In this document: positions 11,927 to 21,822 of the stretch, piece by piece | How the letters are laid out: every line of letters starts with the position of its first letter | How positions within the stretch are numbered: position 1 is the first letter of the stretch | Source of the DNA: an uncultured Verrucomicrobiae bacterium | GTDB taxonomy: Bacteria; Verrucomicrobiota; Verrucomicrobiia; Chthoniobacterales; UBA10450 | DNA: 64,000 bases | Assembly: GCA_963801815.1 (NCBI GenBank) | Contig: CAWDGJ010000008.1 | Location: 1 to 64,000, forward strand | Direction of reading: 5' to 3' | Translations under genes and position numbers: made by a program | The notes under the pieces: model-generated | Database searches by the model: none | The model's input: the letters and a program-made list of their open reading frames with translations, nothing else | Told to the model about the DNA's origin: nothing

Positions 11927-13093
11927 TCACTTCCCGTCGCGAGCAATTCCACGCTGGGTAGTAAGATAAACTGCGAAGCTGCCGAGCCAGTGTCCGCCTT
12001 CATAATGTTCACCAGTCACCGCTGCAAGGCCTGCGCGTCGATGAGCGTCAGCCGCCACCTGCAGAGCCACCCGACGAGGATCATCCTCTGGCAACGCGGA
12101 AAGAATTCCTTCCAACATCCACGCGCGGCTCAAATTTAATCCATCGAGATGCGCCAGCTTCGGATCACTCGGATCGGGCGAGACCGCGACCTTCAACCAA
12201 TCCGCATTCTCGCTTCCTTCCCGGCCGACGGGGATCTGCGGCATAAAGCTCTTCAACCAATTCGAGAATTCCTTTTGAGGAAGGACCCGCCGCATCACGT
12301 CGGCTTCGCCGAGACAAGGCGAAAGGAAATCTTCGCCGGACGGTTCGTAATTGAGCGGGCAGTTTTTATCGGTCAGGAAAAATTTCTTCGCGGAATCGCG
12401 GACCAGTCTGGCGAAGGAATCATTCTTCGCCGTGTGGGCATAATCGAACATCAAACCGAGGCCGAACGCGGTTTGATCGTGCTCGCCGATTCGCACAGGG
12501 TTCGCAAGCTTCGGCAACCAACTGGTGAGTCGTTGGACCGCCACATCTTCGAGTGGCTTGAGATTCGCCGACCATTCCTTTGCATCGGGATCGTCCCATT
12601 CGCGCAGTTCTGCGCAAAGTTGAAGCAGCCACGACAATCCATAGGGCCGCTCGAAACTCGACCGGCCTTCGCCCTTAACATACGTCGCCTCCTGTTTCAG
12701 ATTTTCGGCGGTCAGGCTTTGCTTCAGCGCGTCGCGCGCGTCTTTCGCAAACGGTGCATCCGGAAAAGTCCGGAGCAATCGGACGAGCAACCAATGTCCG
12801 TGCACCGAAGAGTGCCAATCGTAACAGCCGCAAAAGGCGGGCGTCAATTTCCGTGGCGGCGCGACGTCCGCGTCACTATTAAGGACGTGCGCGATTTTGT
12901 TCGGATATTCCTTGTGGACGCATGCGAGCGCGAGTTTGGCGAACCGTTCCGCCGATTTGGCGTCGAATCCGCCATCGGACACAGTCGCCGCGGCGACCTG
13001 GGGTGATTCTTCTGGGGCGCCAGTGCTGTCTGTCGGGTTTGGACTCTCGCCTGGAACGGCTCGGATCAAACAGAAGACGGACAAAGTCCACAT
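11927..13093 (-). CDS. DUF2891-family protein, probably exported
   Basis: EYPNK, FCGCYDWHSSVHGHW, FERPYG, HLDGLNLSRAW, YEGGHWLGSF. Start uncertain (frame open to 13171). Confidence 0.8.
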   Translation of the reverse strand: MWTLSVFCLIRAVPGESPNPTDSTGAPEESPQVAAATVSDGGFDAKSAERFAKLALACVHKEYPNKIAHVLNSDADVAPPRKLTPAFCGCYDWHSSVHGHWLLVRLLRTFPDAPFAKDARDALKQSLTAENLKQEATYVKGEGRSSFERPYGLSWLLQLCAELREWDDPDAKEWSANLKPLEDVAVQRLTSWLPKLANPVRIGEHDQTAFGLGLMFDYAHTAKNDSFARLVRDSAKKFFLTDKNCPLNYEPSGEDFLSPCLGEADVMRRVLPQKEFSNWLKSFMPQIPVGREGSENADWLKVAVSPDPSDPKLAHLDGLNLSRAWMLEGILSALPEDDPRRVALQVAADAHRRAGLAAVTGEHYEGGHWLGSFAVYLTTQRGIARDGK

Positions 13094-13163
13094 CGACGCC
13101 GCACAGACGGCACGGAATTTCGATTGCGTTTGGCGTCTTAGCCGCGGAAAAGTTAACCCCATC

Positions 13164-15323
13164 ATGTCCATTCGATATTACATCATCGCTTGCGCATTGC
13201 TCAACCTTGCGCAAATCACCGCAGTGTCCGCCGCCGATTCAAACCGCAATCCGCTCATGAAGGAGAGCGCGCTGCCGTTTCACTACCCGCCATTCGACAA
13301 GATTAAAGACGAACATTTTGCCCCGGCAATTGAAGCCGGCATGCGCGAACAACTGAAGGAAATCGAACCGATCGCGAACAACTCTGCGAAACCGACGTTC
13401 GATAACACCGTTGTTGCGCTCGAGCGCACCGGGCGCCAGCTCGATCGCGCCGAAACGACGTTTTCGAATCTTAATTCCTGCAACACGAATCCCGCGCTGC
13501 AGAAGATCGATAGAGAAATGGCGCCGAAGCTCGCTGCGCATCGCGACGCGATCTATCTCAACGGCAAATTGTTCGCCCGGGTCCAGGAACTTTACGACAA
13601 CCGCGACAAACTCGGGCTCGATCCGGAATCGGCGTATCTGCTCGAGCGTTATTACAAGGATTTCGTCCGCGCGGGCGCAAAGTTATCTGATTCGGACAAG
13701 GAAAAGCTGAAGAAGATCAACGCCGAGCTCGCAACACTGCAGACGGAGTTCGAACAGAGGGTCTTAAAAGAGAAGAACGCGTCTTCGATCGTGGTCGATA
13801 AAAAAGAAGATCTCGCCGGTTTGTCCGATAGTCAGATGGCAACCGTGACCAACGCGGCGAAGGCGGAGCACAAAGATGGCAAATTTGTGATTCAATTGCA
13901 GAACACCACCGGTCAGCCGCTGCTCGGCTCGTTGGAAAACCGGCCACTGCGTGAGCGCATCATGTCGACATCGCTTGGACGCAACAGTCACGGCGGCGAA
14001 TTCGACACCCAAAACGTCGTTTTGCGCACCGCGCAGCTTCGTGCCGAGAAAGCGAAGCTGCTCGGTTACGACAACTGGGCTTCGTACCAACTCGAAGACC
14101 AGACCGCGAAAAACGTCTCGACCGTAAATAAACTTCTGGCCGACCTCGCACCGTCCGCGGTCGCGAATGCGAAAGCTGAGGCCGCCGAGCAGCAAAAAAT
14201 TGTCGATCAAGAGAACGGCGGATTTCAGATCGGTGCCGCCGATTGGGATTTCTATTCCGAGAAAGTGCGCAAGGCGAAATACGATTTCGACGAATCGCAG
14301 CTTCGTCCCTACTACGAATTGAATCACGTTCTTCTCGACGGCGTTTTCTTTGCCGCGAATAAACTTTACGGGCTCACTTTCAAGGAACGTCACGACCTGC
14401 CGGTTTATCAACCCGACGTGCGTGTGTTTGACGTTTTCGATCGCGACGGCAAACAGCTCGCGATTTTTATTGGCGATTATTATGCCCGGCCATCAAAACG
14501 CGGGGGCGCATGGATGAACTCTTACGTCCACCAAAGCGGACTGTTCGGCGACAAACCCGTGGTGGCGAACCATCTCAACATCCCGAAACCGCCGGCGGGC
14601 GAACCGACTCTGCTCACCCACGACGAAGTCCGCACCGCCTTCCACGAATTTGGCCACGCGCTCCACGGAATGTTTTCAAATGTGAAATATCCGCGATTCA
14701 GCGGCACCAGTGTGCCTCGCGATTTTGTCGAATATCCGTCACAAGTGAACGAGATGTGGGCGAACTGGCCCGAGGTTTTGAAGAATTACGCGAAGCATTA
14801 CCAAACCGGCGAACCAATTCCTCAAGCGCTGGTCGACAAGGTCGAGGCCGCCGACAAATTCAATCAGGGTTACAAGACCACCGAATACCTCGCTGCGTCG
14901 CTTCTCGATCAAGCGTGGCACCAGTTGAGCCCCAACGAGATTCCGAAAGACGCGGTCGCATTTGAAAAGCAGGCGTTGCAAAAAGCCGGTGTTGACTACC
15001 CGCCTGTGCCTTCGCGCTATCGCAGTTTTTATTTTTCGCACGCATTCGCCGGCGGCTATTCAGCCGGTTACTACTCCTACATCTGGGCGGAAGTACTCGA
15101 TGCCGACAGTGTGGAGTGGATGAAAGAACACGGCGGCTTGAAGCGCGAGAATGGCGACCACTTCCGCGAAACATTGCTCTCGCGAGGCGGATCGGCCGAC
15201 GCGCTCGGCTTGTTCAAGAATTTTACCGGTCGAGATCCTTACATCGAGCCGTTGCTGAAACGCCGTGGCTTGGATCGCGGCGCGGATGGCGATAAGCCAG
15301 CAACTTCACCTCCTGCGAGCTAA
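13164..15323 (+). CDS. dcp: M3 family metallopeptidase (peptidyl-dipeptidase Dcp-like) with signal peptide
   Basis: HEFGH zinc motif, KRGGAWM, DFVEYPSQVNE, GYSAGYYSYIWAE; ATG at 13164. Confidence 0.9.
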   Translation: MSIRYYIIACALLNLAQITAVSAADSNRNPLMKESALPFHYPPFDKIKDEHFAPAIEAGMREQLKEIEPIANNSAKPTFDNTVVALERTGRQLDRAETTFSNLNSCNTNPALQKIDREMAPKLAAHRDAIYLNGKLFARVQELYDNRDKLGLDPESAYLLERYYKDFVRAGAKLSDSDKEKLKKINAELATLQTEFEQRVLKEKNASSIVVDKKEDLAGLSDSQMATVTNAAKAEHKDGKFVIQLQNTTGQPLLGSLENRPLRERIMSTSLGRNSHGGEFDTQNVVLRTAQLRAEKAKLLGYDNWASYQLEDQTAKNVSTVNKLLADLAPSAVANAKAEAAEQQKIVDQENGGFQIGAADWDFYSEKVRKAKYDFDESQLRPYYELNHVLLDGVFFAANKLYGLTFKERHDLPVYQPDVRVFDVFDRDGKQLAIFIGDYYARPSKRGGAWMNSYVHQSGLFGDKPVVANHLNIPKPPAGEPTLLTHDEVRTAFHEFGHALHGMFSNVKYPRFSGTSVPRDFVEYPSQVNEMWANWPEVLKNYAKHYQTGEPIPQALVDKVEAADKFNQGYKTTEYLAASLLDQAWHQLSPNEIPKDAVAFEKQALQKAGVDYPPVPSRYRSFYFSHAFAGGYSAGYYSYIWAEVLDADSVEWMKEHGGLKRENGDHFRETLLSRGGSADALGLFKNFTGRDPYIEPLLKRRGLDRGADGDKPATSPPAS

Positions 15324-15405
15324 CGCAACAGTCAGAAGTCAGAGACTTCTTTCCGCTTTCTAACTTCTACTTTCTACTTTTCTACCCATCGTTATCTTCC
15401 ACTGG

Positions 15406-16170
15406 GTGAAGTTCAGATTTCTCTTCGCGCTTTTGCTTTTTCCGCTTTGCGCTTTCGCCGGCAACAGCGTCGTGAATATGTCGCATTACGACTTGGTGCG
15501 GCCCGATTTTGTGGCGATGAAAAGCGAAGGCGTGATCGGCGTGATTCACGAAGCGAGTTTTCCCCGCTACGAACGCGATTGGCGTTACGCGGAGCGACAA
15601 ATTGCCGCGATGCGCGCCGGATTGCTTTGGGGCGCGTATCATTTTGCCGACGGGACGGATCCAATTCGCCAGGCCGACCATTTTCTGTCGGTGGTCGCTT
15701 CGTCGCATCCGCTCGTCACCACGCCGGTGCAGGAAGAAAAAAATCGGTCGGGCGTATTGCTCGTGCTTGATTTTGAAAAGAATCATTATCGCGGCGGCAA
15801 CATGAGCGTCGCCCAAGCAGTCGTGTTCGCCCAGCGAATCAAAGAACGGACCGGAAAGTATCCCGGAATTTACGGCAGCGAGAATCGTCTTCGCCAAATG
15901 TTTAGCGGTCTAACCTCAGCGCAGCGAGCTGTTCTTTCCAGTTGCTGGCTTTGGGTAGCGAATTACCACGCTCCACCCCGTGGCATCTTTCCCTGGTCAG
16001 AATGGCACATGTGGCAATACTGCGGCGACGGAAAATGCAGCCTTCGTCCGCGAACCGAGTTTCCAACCGGCGTCGCCAATATGCACAGGGCCGAGCGCAA
16101 CATTTTCAACGGTAATACCGTCTCTCTTCAAAATTTCTGGCAGGAACACTCTTGGTTCCCCTCCGGGTAA
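15406..16170 (+). CDS. Glycoside hydrolase family 25 (lysozyme-like), exported
   Basis: Signal peptide; GAYHF, VLDFE, PGIYG, LWVANY, WQY. Confidence 0.85.
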   Translation: MKFRFLFALLLFPLCAFAGNSVVNMSHYDLVRPDFVAMKSEGVIGVIHEASFPRYERDWRYAERQIAAMRAGLLWGAYHFADGTDPIRQADHFLSVVASSHPLVTTPVQEEKNRSGVLLVLDFEKNHYRGGNMSVAQAVVFAQRIKERTGKYPGIYGSENRLRQMFSGLTSAQRAVLSSCWLWVANYHAPPRGIFPWSEWHMWQYCGDGKCSLRPRTEFPTGVANMHRAERNIFNGNTVSLQNFWQEHSWFPSG

Positions 16171-16347
16171 CCAAAGGCAGAAGTAAGAAGGCAAAATTAA
16201 GAAACATCTGGACTGCGTCTGTCGAAATCTGGCTTCGTTTCTTCCTTCTTAATTCTTACGTCCTCCTTTTGCAGCCCTGCAGACCCGCCCTTGAGCCAAG
16301 CGCCTGATCTGTTACTGTAAATATCGCGTAAAATCGCGAAATCACTC

Positions 16348-18267
16348 ATGGGCGAATCTGTAAATCCTGACGTAACCACCGTGCAAAAACCTGATGCCGC
16401 CGCCGTTGCAGCGGCGCCCCCTCCGGAACGGGCCGATCTTCGCCCGGAAAATATTCAGGACGCGGTCATCCGGCTCGCCGGGAATTCACAAGACGGAATC
16501 CAAACCGCCGGCGCGTTTCTCGCACGATTGGCCGGACGCAGCGCCCAGGAAGTCATGACTTACATGACAATCCCTGCCACGATTTCCGGCGGACCGTCGA
16601 TCTTCCAGGTCCGCATCGGCACCGGCGAAGTCCTCTCGGCCGGCGATGAAGCCGATTTCCTGATCGCATTCTATCAACACAGTTACCAGGACCACATCGG
16701 ATTTCTCCGCGAAGGCGGCGTGTTGCTTTATGATTCCGACAACGTCGAGCCGAACCTCGATGACAAACGTTACGTTTATGTCGGCGTCCCGATCACCGGT
16801 CTGACGGTGGAAGCGCTTGGCGGCACCGCCAAGGACCGCGGCAAAAACATTTTTGTCCTTGGCCTCATCTCGAAAATTTTCCAGCTCGACCCCGACAAGT
16901 TGAAAAGAATCATCACCGAAAAATTCGGCGGCAAAGATCAAAGCGTGGTGAACACGGCGTTGATGGCGTTCCAGGCCGGCTACGCTTATCCGGTCGGCAA
17001 CGTTCTCAAACATCTTTACCAATTTGAGCAGGCCGAAAAAAAACCGGGCGCTCGCGACCAGATCACCATGGACGGCAACACCGCGCTCGCTTACGGACTC
17101 ATCGCCGGCGGCGTTCGTTTCGGAGCCGGCTATCCGATCACGCCGTGGTCGAGCGTCATGGAAGTTTTGCGCAGCGAGTTTCCAAAATACGGCGGCATTT
17201 TTGTGCAGGCCGAAGACGAGCTCGCGTCAGTTTCAATCGCGATCGGCATGTCGTATTCCGGTTGGCTCGCCTGCACCGGTAGCGCCGGCCCCGGCATTTC
17301 GCTCAAGACCGAAGCGATCGGTTGGGCGTCGATGGCCGAGATTCCACTGATCATTTGCAATGTTCAACGCGGCGGCCCGAGCACCGGTCTGCCGACCAAC
17401 GTCGAGCAAAGCGATTTGCATCAGGCAATTTTCGGCAGCCACGGCGATAGTCCCCGCGTCGTGCTCGCGCCGAAAAGCGTTGAAGATTGTTTTTACATCG
17501 CGATCGAGGCCGCGCGAATCGCGCGCAAATATTCCACGCCGGTATTTATTTTGAGCGACACCTCGCTCGCTACGCGCATCGAAGCGTTCGAAGAACCGGA
17601 TCTCGCCAAGATCATGGTCGATCCGAAACCGGACCTGACCCCGCGACAAACCCACATTCCGTATCCACTCGATCAAATCACTCAGCACGTCCCGCCCGGC
17701 ACCCGAATCCTCGACGGAAAATATCCGCTCATGTCCGGACTCGAACACGATGAGATGGGGCATCCGACCGGCTCACCGAAATTGCACATGGCGATGACCG
17801 CAAAACGTCGCAACAAATTGCGCAAACTCGCCGAGGAACTTCCGGTCCCGGAAATCTACGGTGACCAGGAAGGCGATACGTTGCTCGTCGGCTGGGGTTC
17901 AACTTACGGACCGATCCACGACGCGGTGAAACGCGCTCGCGACGAGACCGGCGAAAAAGTCGGCGCGTTCCATTTGCGTCACATTCATCCGTTGCCGAAC
18001 GGCCTCGAAAAAATCTGGCCGAAGTTCAAGCGCGTCGTCACGGTCGAGATGAACGACCAGGGGATTTACGGCTACGGCCAGCTCGCCACTCTGCTCCGGG
18101 CGCGTTATTGCGATCCGAGGATTACCAGCTTTACCAAGACCGACGGTTTGACCTTTCGCGTCCGCGAAATTCTCGAAGGCGTGTTCGAGGGCAAATCGTT
18201 TGCCGCGCGACACATTCCGCGCGACGGCACTGCGGTTACTCATCGGGCACTGCGCCCGAAAACGTGA
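16348..18267 (+). CDS. korA: 2-oxoacid:ferredoxin oxidoreductase alpha subunit (fused gamma-alpha)
   Basis: AGNSQDGIQTAG, GYPITP, QAEDE, SAGPGISLK, QRGGPSTGLPT. Confidence 0.92.
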   Translation: MGESVNPDVTTVQKPDAAAVAAAPPPERADLRPENIQDAVIRLAGNSQDGIQTAGAFLARLAGRSAQEVMTYMTIPATISGGPSIFQVRIGTGEVLSAGDEADFLIAFYQHSYQDHIGFLREGGVLLYDSDNVEPNLDDKRYVYVGVPITGLTVEALGGTAKDRGKNIFVLGLISKIFQLDPDKLKRIITEKFGGKDQSVVNTALMAFQAGYAYPVGNVLKHLYQFEQAEKKPGARDQITMDGNTALAYGLIAGGVRFGAGYPITPWSSVMEVLRSEFPKYGGIFVQAEDELASVSIAIGMSYSGWLACTGSAGPGISLKTEAIGWASMAEIPLIICNVQRGGPSTGLPTNVEQSDLHQAIFGSHGDSPRVVLAPKSVEDCFYIAIEAARIARKYSTPVFILSDTSLATRIEAFEEPDLAKIMVDPKPDLTPRQTHIPYPLDQITQHVPPGTRILDGKYPLMSGLEHDEMGHPTGSPKLHMAMTAKRRNKLRKLAEELPVPEIYGDQEGDTLLVGWGSTYGPIHDAVKRARDETGEKVGAFHLRHIHPLPNGLEKIWPKFKRVVTVEMNDQGIYGYGQLATLLRARYCDPRITSFTKTDGLTFRVREILEGVFEGKSFAARHIPRDGTAVTHRALRPKT

Positions 18268-18424
18268 AACATCTCAAAGAAGTCGTTCCCCAAGGAGTGG
18301 GGTAGCAATAGTGGCAAGTACTGCGACGAACGGACGAGCGGAAATCGGAAATTCTGGAGATTTCACGCGCCTCGCGTGCTGGCTTTGGCAGCCCTCGTCA
18401 AAACGAACTTTTGTCTGAACGATT

Positions 18425-19399
18425 ATGAGCGAAGAAACAAACGGATCAAACGATGTGGCGGCAGGCGTCTCGCCTGCAGTTATGGAACCACCGCGAGAGA
18501 AACTTAACCAAAAAAGGCGATCACCGCCGATCACCCCACCTGGTGTCCGGGTTGCGGCGATTTCGCCGTGCTCGCTTCCTTCTACAAAGTTCTCGAGAAA
18601 CGAAATCTCGATCACGAAAAAATCGTCACCCTCGCCGGGATCGGTTGTTCGTCGCGCTTTCCCTATTTCGTCAACGGCCACGGCGCGCACTTCATTCACG
18701 GCCGCGCCGTTCCGCTGGCCACCGGCATCAGTCTGGCCCGGCCGGACCTGCACGTCTTTTTGTTCGGCGGCGACGGCGACGGTTTCTCCATCGGCGGCAA
18801 CCATGTCGATCACGGCGGCGCGCAAGAACATCAACATGATCTATTTCATCATGGACAACTTCGTCTATGGCCTGACCAAGAAACAGACCTCGCCCACGTC
18901 GCCGATCGGTTTCAAATCCAAGACCGATCCAACCGGCGCGATCGATCAACCGGTCAATCCGATGAAAAAACTGATCGCCGGCGGCGCGACCTTCATCGCG
19001 CGGACCCACGCCACGCAGGTCAATCACATGATGCAAATGATCGAGCGCGCCATGGACCATCAGGGGTTCAGCGTGATCGAATGTTTGAGCGAATGCGTGG
19101 AATTTTATCCCGGCGTCTTCGATCCGGGCAATCCGCGCAAAGGCGGCAGCTTCTCGTTGATCCAGGAAAAGAAATGGGACAACACTCCGGAGGACGAACT
19201 CCGCCACGACGTCACCGACGAACTCGCCGCTTATAAATTGGCCCAGCTACCATTCCCCGGAGTCTTTGGCGTATTTTATCAGAGCGACAGCCCAACGAAG
19301 AATGCGTTGGAAAAGAAATGGATCGAGACGACGCGCGAGAAGACCGGAAATTTGTCGGACGTAGAGACGCTTCAGAAAACGTTCGACCGAATGAAGTGA
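18425..19399 (+). CDS. korB: 2-oxoacid:ferredoxin oxidoreductase beta subunit (two apparent indels)
   Basis: TWCPGCGD, GIGCSSR, HGRA, GGDGDG...N TPP motif, YGLTKKQTSPT. Shifts near the A-run at ~18510 and at ~18820. Confidence 0.9.
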   Translation: MSEETNGSNDVAAGVSPAVMEPPREKLNQKRRSPPITPPGVRVAAISPCSLPSTKFSRNEISITKKSSPSPGSVVRRAFPISSTATARTSFTAAPFRWPPASVWPGRTCTSFCSAATATVSPSAATMSITAARKNINMIYFIMDNFVYGLTKKQTSPTSPIGFKSKTDPTGAIDQPVNPMKKLIAGGATFIARTHATQVNHMMQMIERAMDHQGFSVIECLSECVEFYPGVFDPGNPRKGGSFSLIQEKKWDNTPEDELRHDVTDELAAYKLAQLPFPGVFGVFYQSDSPTKNALEKKWIETTREKTGNLSDVETLQKTFDRMK

Positions 19400-19410
19400 A
19401 GTCGCGTTGA

Positions 19411-21301
19411 CTAGCTTTCTGATTTCGAAAGTGTTGCGCCTTCCCACTCTTCGGTGACCCGAGCTAAATCTTCTGTCACGGCCAGCAGTTCCCGGTTCAA
19501 TTGCATCACTGCGCCGCCCGCGTTGTAGGTATCGGGCTTCTCCAACTCCGCGGTCAGTTCTTTTTGCCGGACTTCCAAACTGATGATGTGCTGCGTCAAA
19601 TCGTGCAACCGCTTCTCGCGCTCGCGCTTCGCCTTTGCCTCCATTTTCCGGCGATCCGCCTCGGCCCGCCGCGCCTCCCGGGTTTCGCGCATACCCGGCT
19701 TCTTTTTCTCTCGAGAAAGATCGACGTGATGTTCGACGGCTGGCTGAGCGTTGTGTAATTTTTTCTCGCCATTACTCGTCAACGCCGCGCGCGCGGAAAC
19801 CGCTTCGGATTTCTCGAGGTAATACTGGTAGTCGCCCGCGTAAGGCGTCAGCTTGCCGGCGTTGACATGCAGCACCGTCTTCGCGAGCGCGCGGATGAAA
19901 TAAACGTCGTGGCTGATGAAAATCAGCGTGCCCTCGTATTGCGACAGCGCACCGACCAGCGCGTCGATGCTTCCGATATCGAGGTGCGTCGTCGGTTCGT
20001 CCATCAGCAGCAGGTTCGGCGGATCGAGCAGCAGCTTCACCAGCGCCAGCCGGCTCTTTTCTCCGCCGCTCAGCACACTGGTTACCTTGAACACATCGTC
20101 GCCGCGAAACAGGAACGATCCCAGAACAGTGCGCGCAGTCTGCTCGGAGACCGGGTTCGGCGTGTCGAGCGCCTCTTCCAGCACGGTCTGCTTCGGGTTC
20201 AACATCTCCACGCGATACTGCGAGAAATAACCGACCTTGACGTTGTGTCCGAGCTCGCGCGTTCCATGCGTAATCGGAAGCACGCCGCCGAGAATTTCAG
20301 CAACGTTGATTTGCCCGCGCCGTTCGGGCCGACCAGCACGGTGCGCTGGCCGCGCTCCGCCTGGAAATTCATCCCGCGATAGACCACCAGCTCGCCATAG
20401 GCATGATCGACATCTTTCAGCGTGATCACGCGTTGACCGCTGCGCAGCGGCTGCGGAAAACGGAAGTGCACCGTCTTCTCCCGCGCGGTCGGCGCCTCGA
20501 TCTTCTCCATCCGCTCGATCTGCTTGAGCTTGCTTTGCGCCTGCGACGCCTTGCTGGCCTTGGCGCGAAAGCGGTCCACGAAAATTGCAGCGACGCGATC
20601 TCGCGCTGCTGGTTCTTGTAGGCGGCCAGCTGTTGCACTTCGCGCGCCGCTTCTGCTCCACGTAACTGTCGTAGTTGCCGCGGTAACGATGCAGCCGCCG
20701 GTGCGCGATCTCGACGATCGCGCCGACGAGATTGTTCAGGAATTCGCGGTCATGCGAGATCATGAGGATCGCGCCGGGATAATTCTTCAGATATTCCTGA
20801 AACCAGAGCAGCGATTCGAGGTCGAGATGGTTCGTCGGCTCGTCCAGCAGCAGCAAATCCGGCTCCTGCACGAGCAACCGCGCCAGGTGCGCGCGCATCA
20901 CCCAGCCGCCGCTCATCGTCTTCGCCGGTCGATCGAAATCCGACTCGCGAAACGCCAGACCGGCCAGAATCCGTTTCGCCTTCGGCTCGATCTCCCAGTC
21001 CAACTCATGGTCGTGTTCCATTTTGGATCCGTGTTTTATTCCGCAAGCCAGCTCCAGCACGGTTTCCTCGCCCGCGGGCGCATTTTCCTGCGGAAGAAAT
21101 CCGACCGTCGCAGATTTCTGGATCGATATTTTGCCCTCATCCGGAGAGGACTCGCCCAGGATCAAAGAAAACAAAGTCGATTTCCCGGCGCCATTCGGCC
21201 CCACCAATCCCACGCGATCCCCGCGATTCACCTGGAGCGACGCATCTTCAAAGAGCGTCCGCCCGGCAAAAGGCTTTGGTGACTTGAGAAATCGTGAGCA
21301 T
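19411..21301 (-). CDS. ABC-F family ATPase (frameshifted)
   Basis: Two ABC cassettes (GPNGAGKS, SGGW/SGGE, DEPTNHLD/DEPTTHLD), linker and C-terminal coiled coil. True start MLTISQVTK at 21301, with an extra T in a T-run. Confidence 0.9.
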
Positions 21302-21458
21302 AAATGGGCGGCGAATGTCGCGCTGAATCCCTGCTACGCAAGCTGCAGCGGCATTATTATAAAGAGTTAATGGCCCAGCGGGGTTAGATTGAAACCATGG
21401 GCGATCGTAGTTCGGTCCGGAACTGCGCCGCTTCTACTCAAAAACTGAAATTCAGCTG

Positions 21459-21474
21459 TGGCACAGCCGTTGCT
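21459..21474 (+). promoter_or_regulatory. Sigma-54 (-24/-12) promoter
   Basis: TGGCAC-AGCCG-TTGCT matches the TGGCAC-N5-TTGC consensus; predicted +1 near 21485. Confidence 0.75.
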
Positions 21475-21484
21475 AAATAGAGTC

Positions 21485-21573
21485 CAAAGCTCGGGAGTCA
21501 CTCAAAAACACATAACTTAACGTTCGCTTTCGTTAGCTTTCATAGCGGGATCAGAAATGATCCCGCTTTTTTT
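21485..21573 (+). ncRNA. Putative sigma-54-dependent small structured RNA (copy 1)
   Basis: Lies between the sigma-54 promoter and an intrinsic terminator, with no ORF. AAAGCT-CGGGAG pairs with CTTTCG-TT-AGCTTT; homologous to 34767-34864. Confidence 0.65.
21544..21573 (+). terminator. Rho-independent terminator
   Basis: AGCGGGATCA-GAAA-TGATCCCGCT followed by a T-run; no + strand CDS upstream. Confidence 0.85.
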
Positions 21574-21586
21574 GGTCCGACGACAC

Positions 21587-21679
21587 TAACCGCGGATTAC
21601 CAACCTTCGCCATCCTCTTGTCGCGCCGCTACGGCGCGACAAGAGGCTACGGCCCGGCAAGCGCGGATTTAAACGGATG
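21587..21679. repeat. Nested short repeats (hairpin inside REP-like element inside CGGAT repeat)
   Basis: Perfect 15-bp hairpin 21614-21646. The flanks rejoin to match 28065-28095 at 29/31 nt. Confidence 0.8.
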
Positions 21680-21822
21680 TGCGAGACCTTCCCCGATCTA
21701 AAGAGAGTTGGGACGGATAAACTTGACCGCTTTAACCGGTCGAGTTCTGAAGTCCACATAGATGCATCGTAAGCGGCTTACGATAGGAGGACTGCCGTGT
21801 GTTGTTAGGCAAAACCCCGCGA

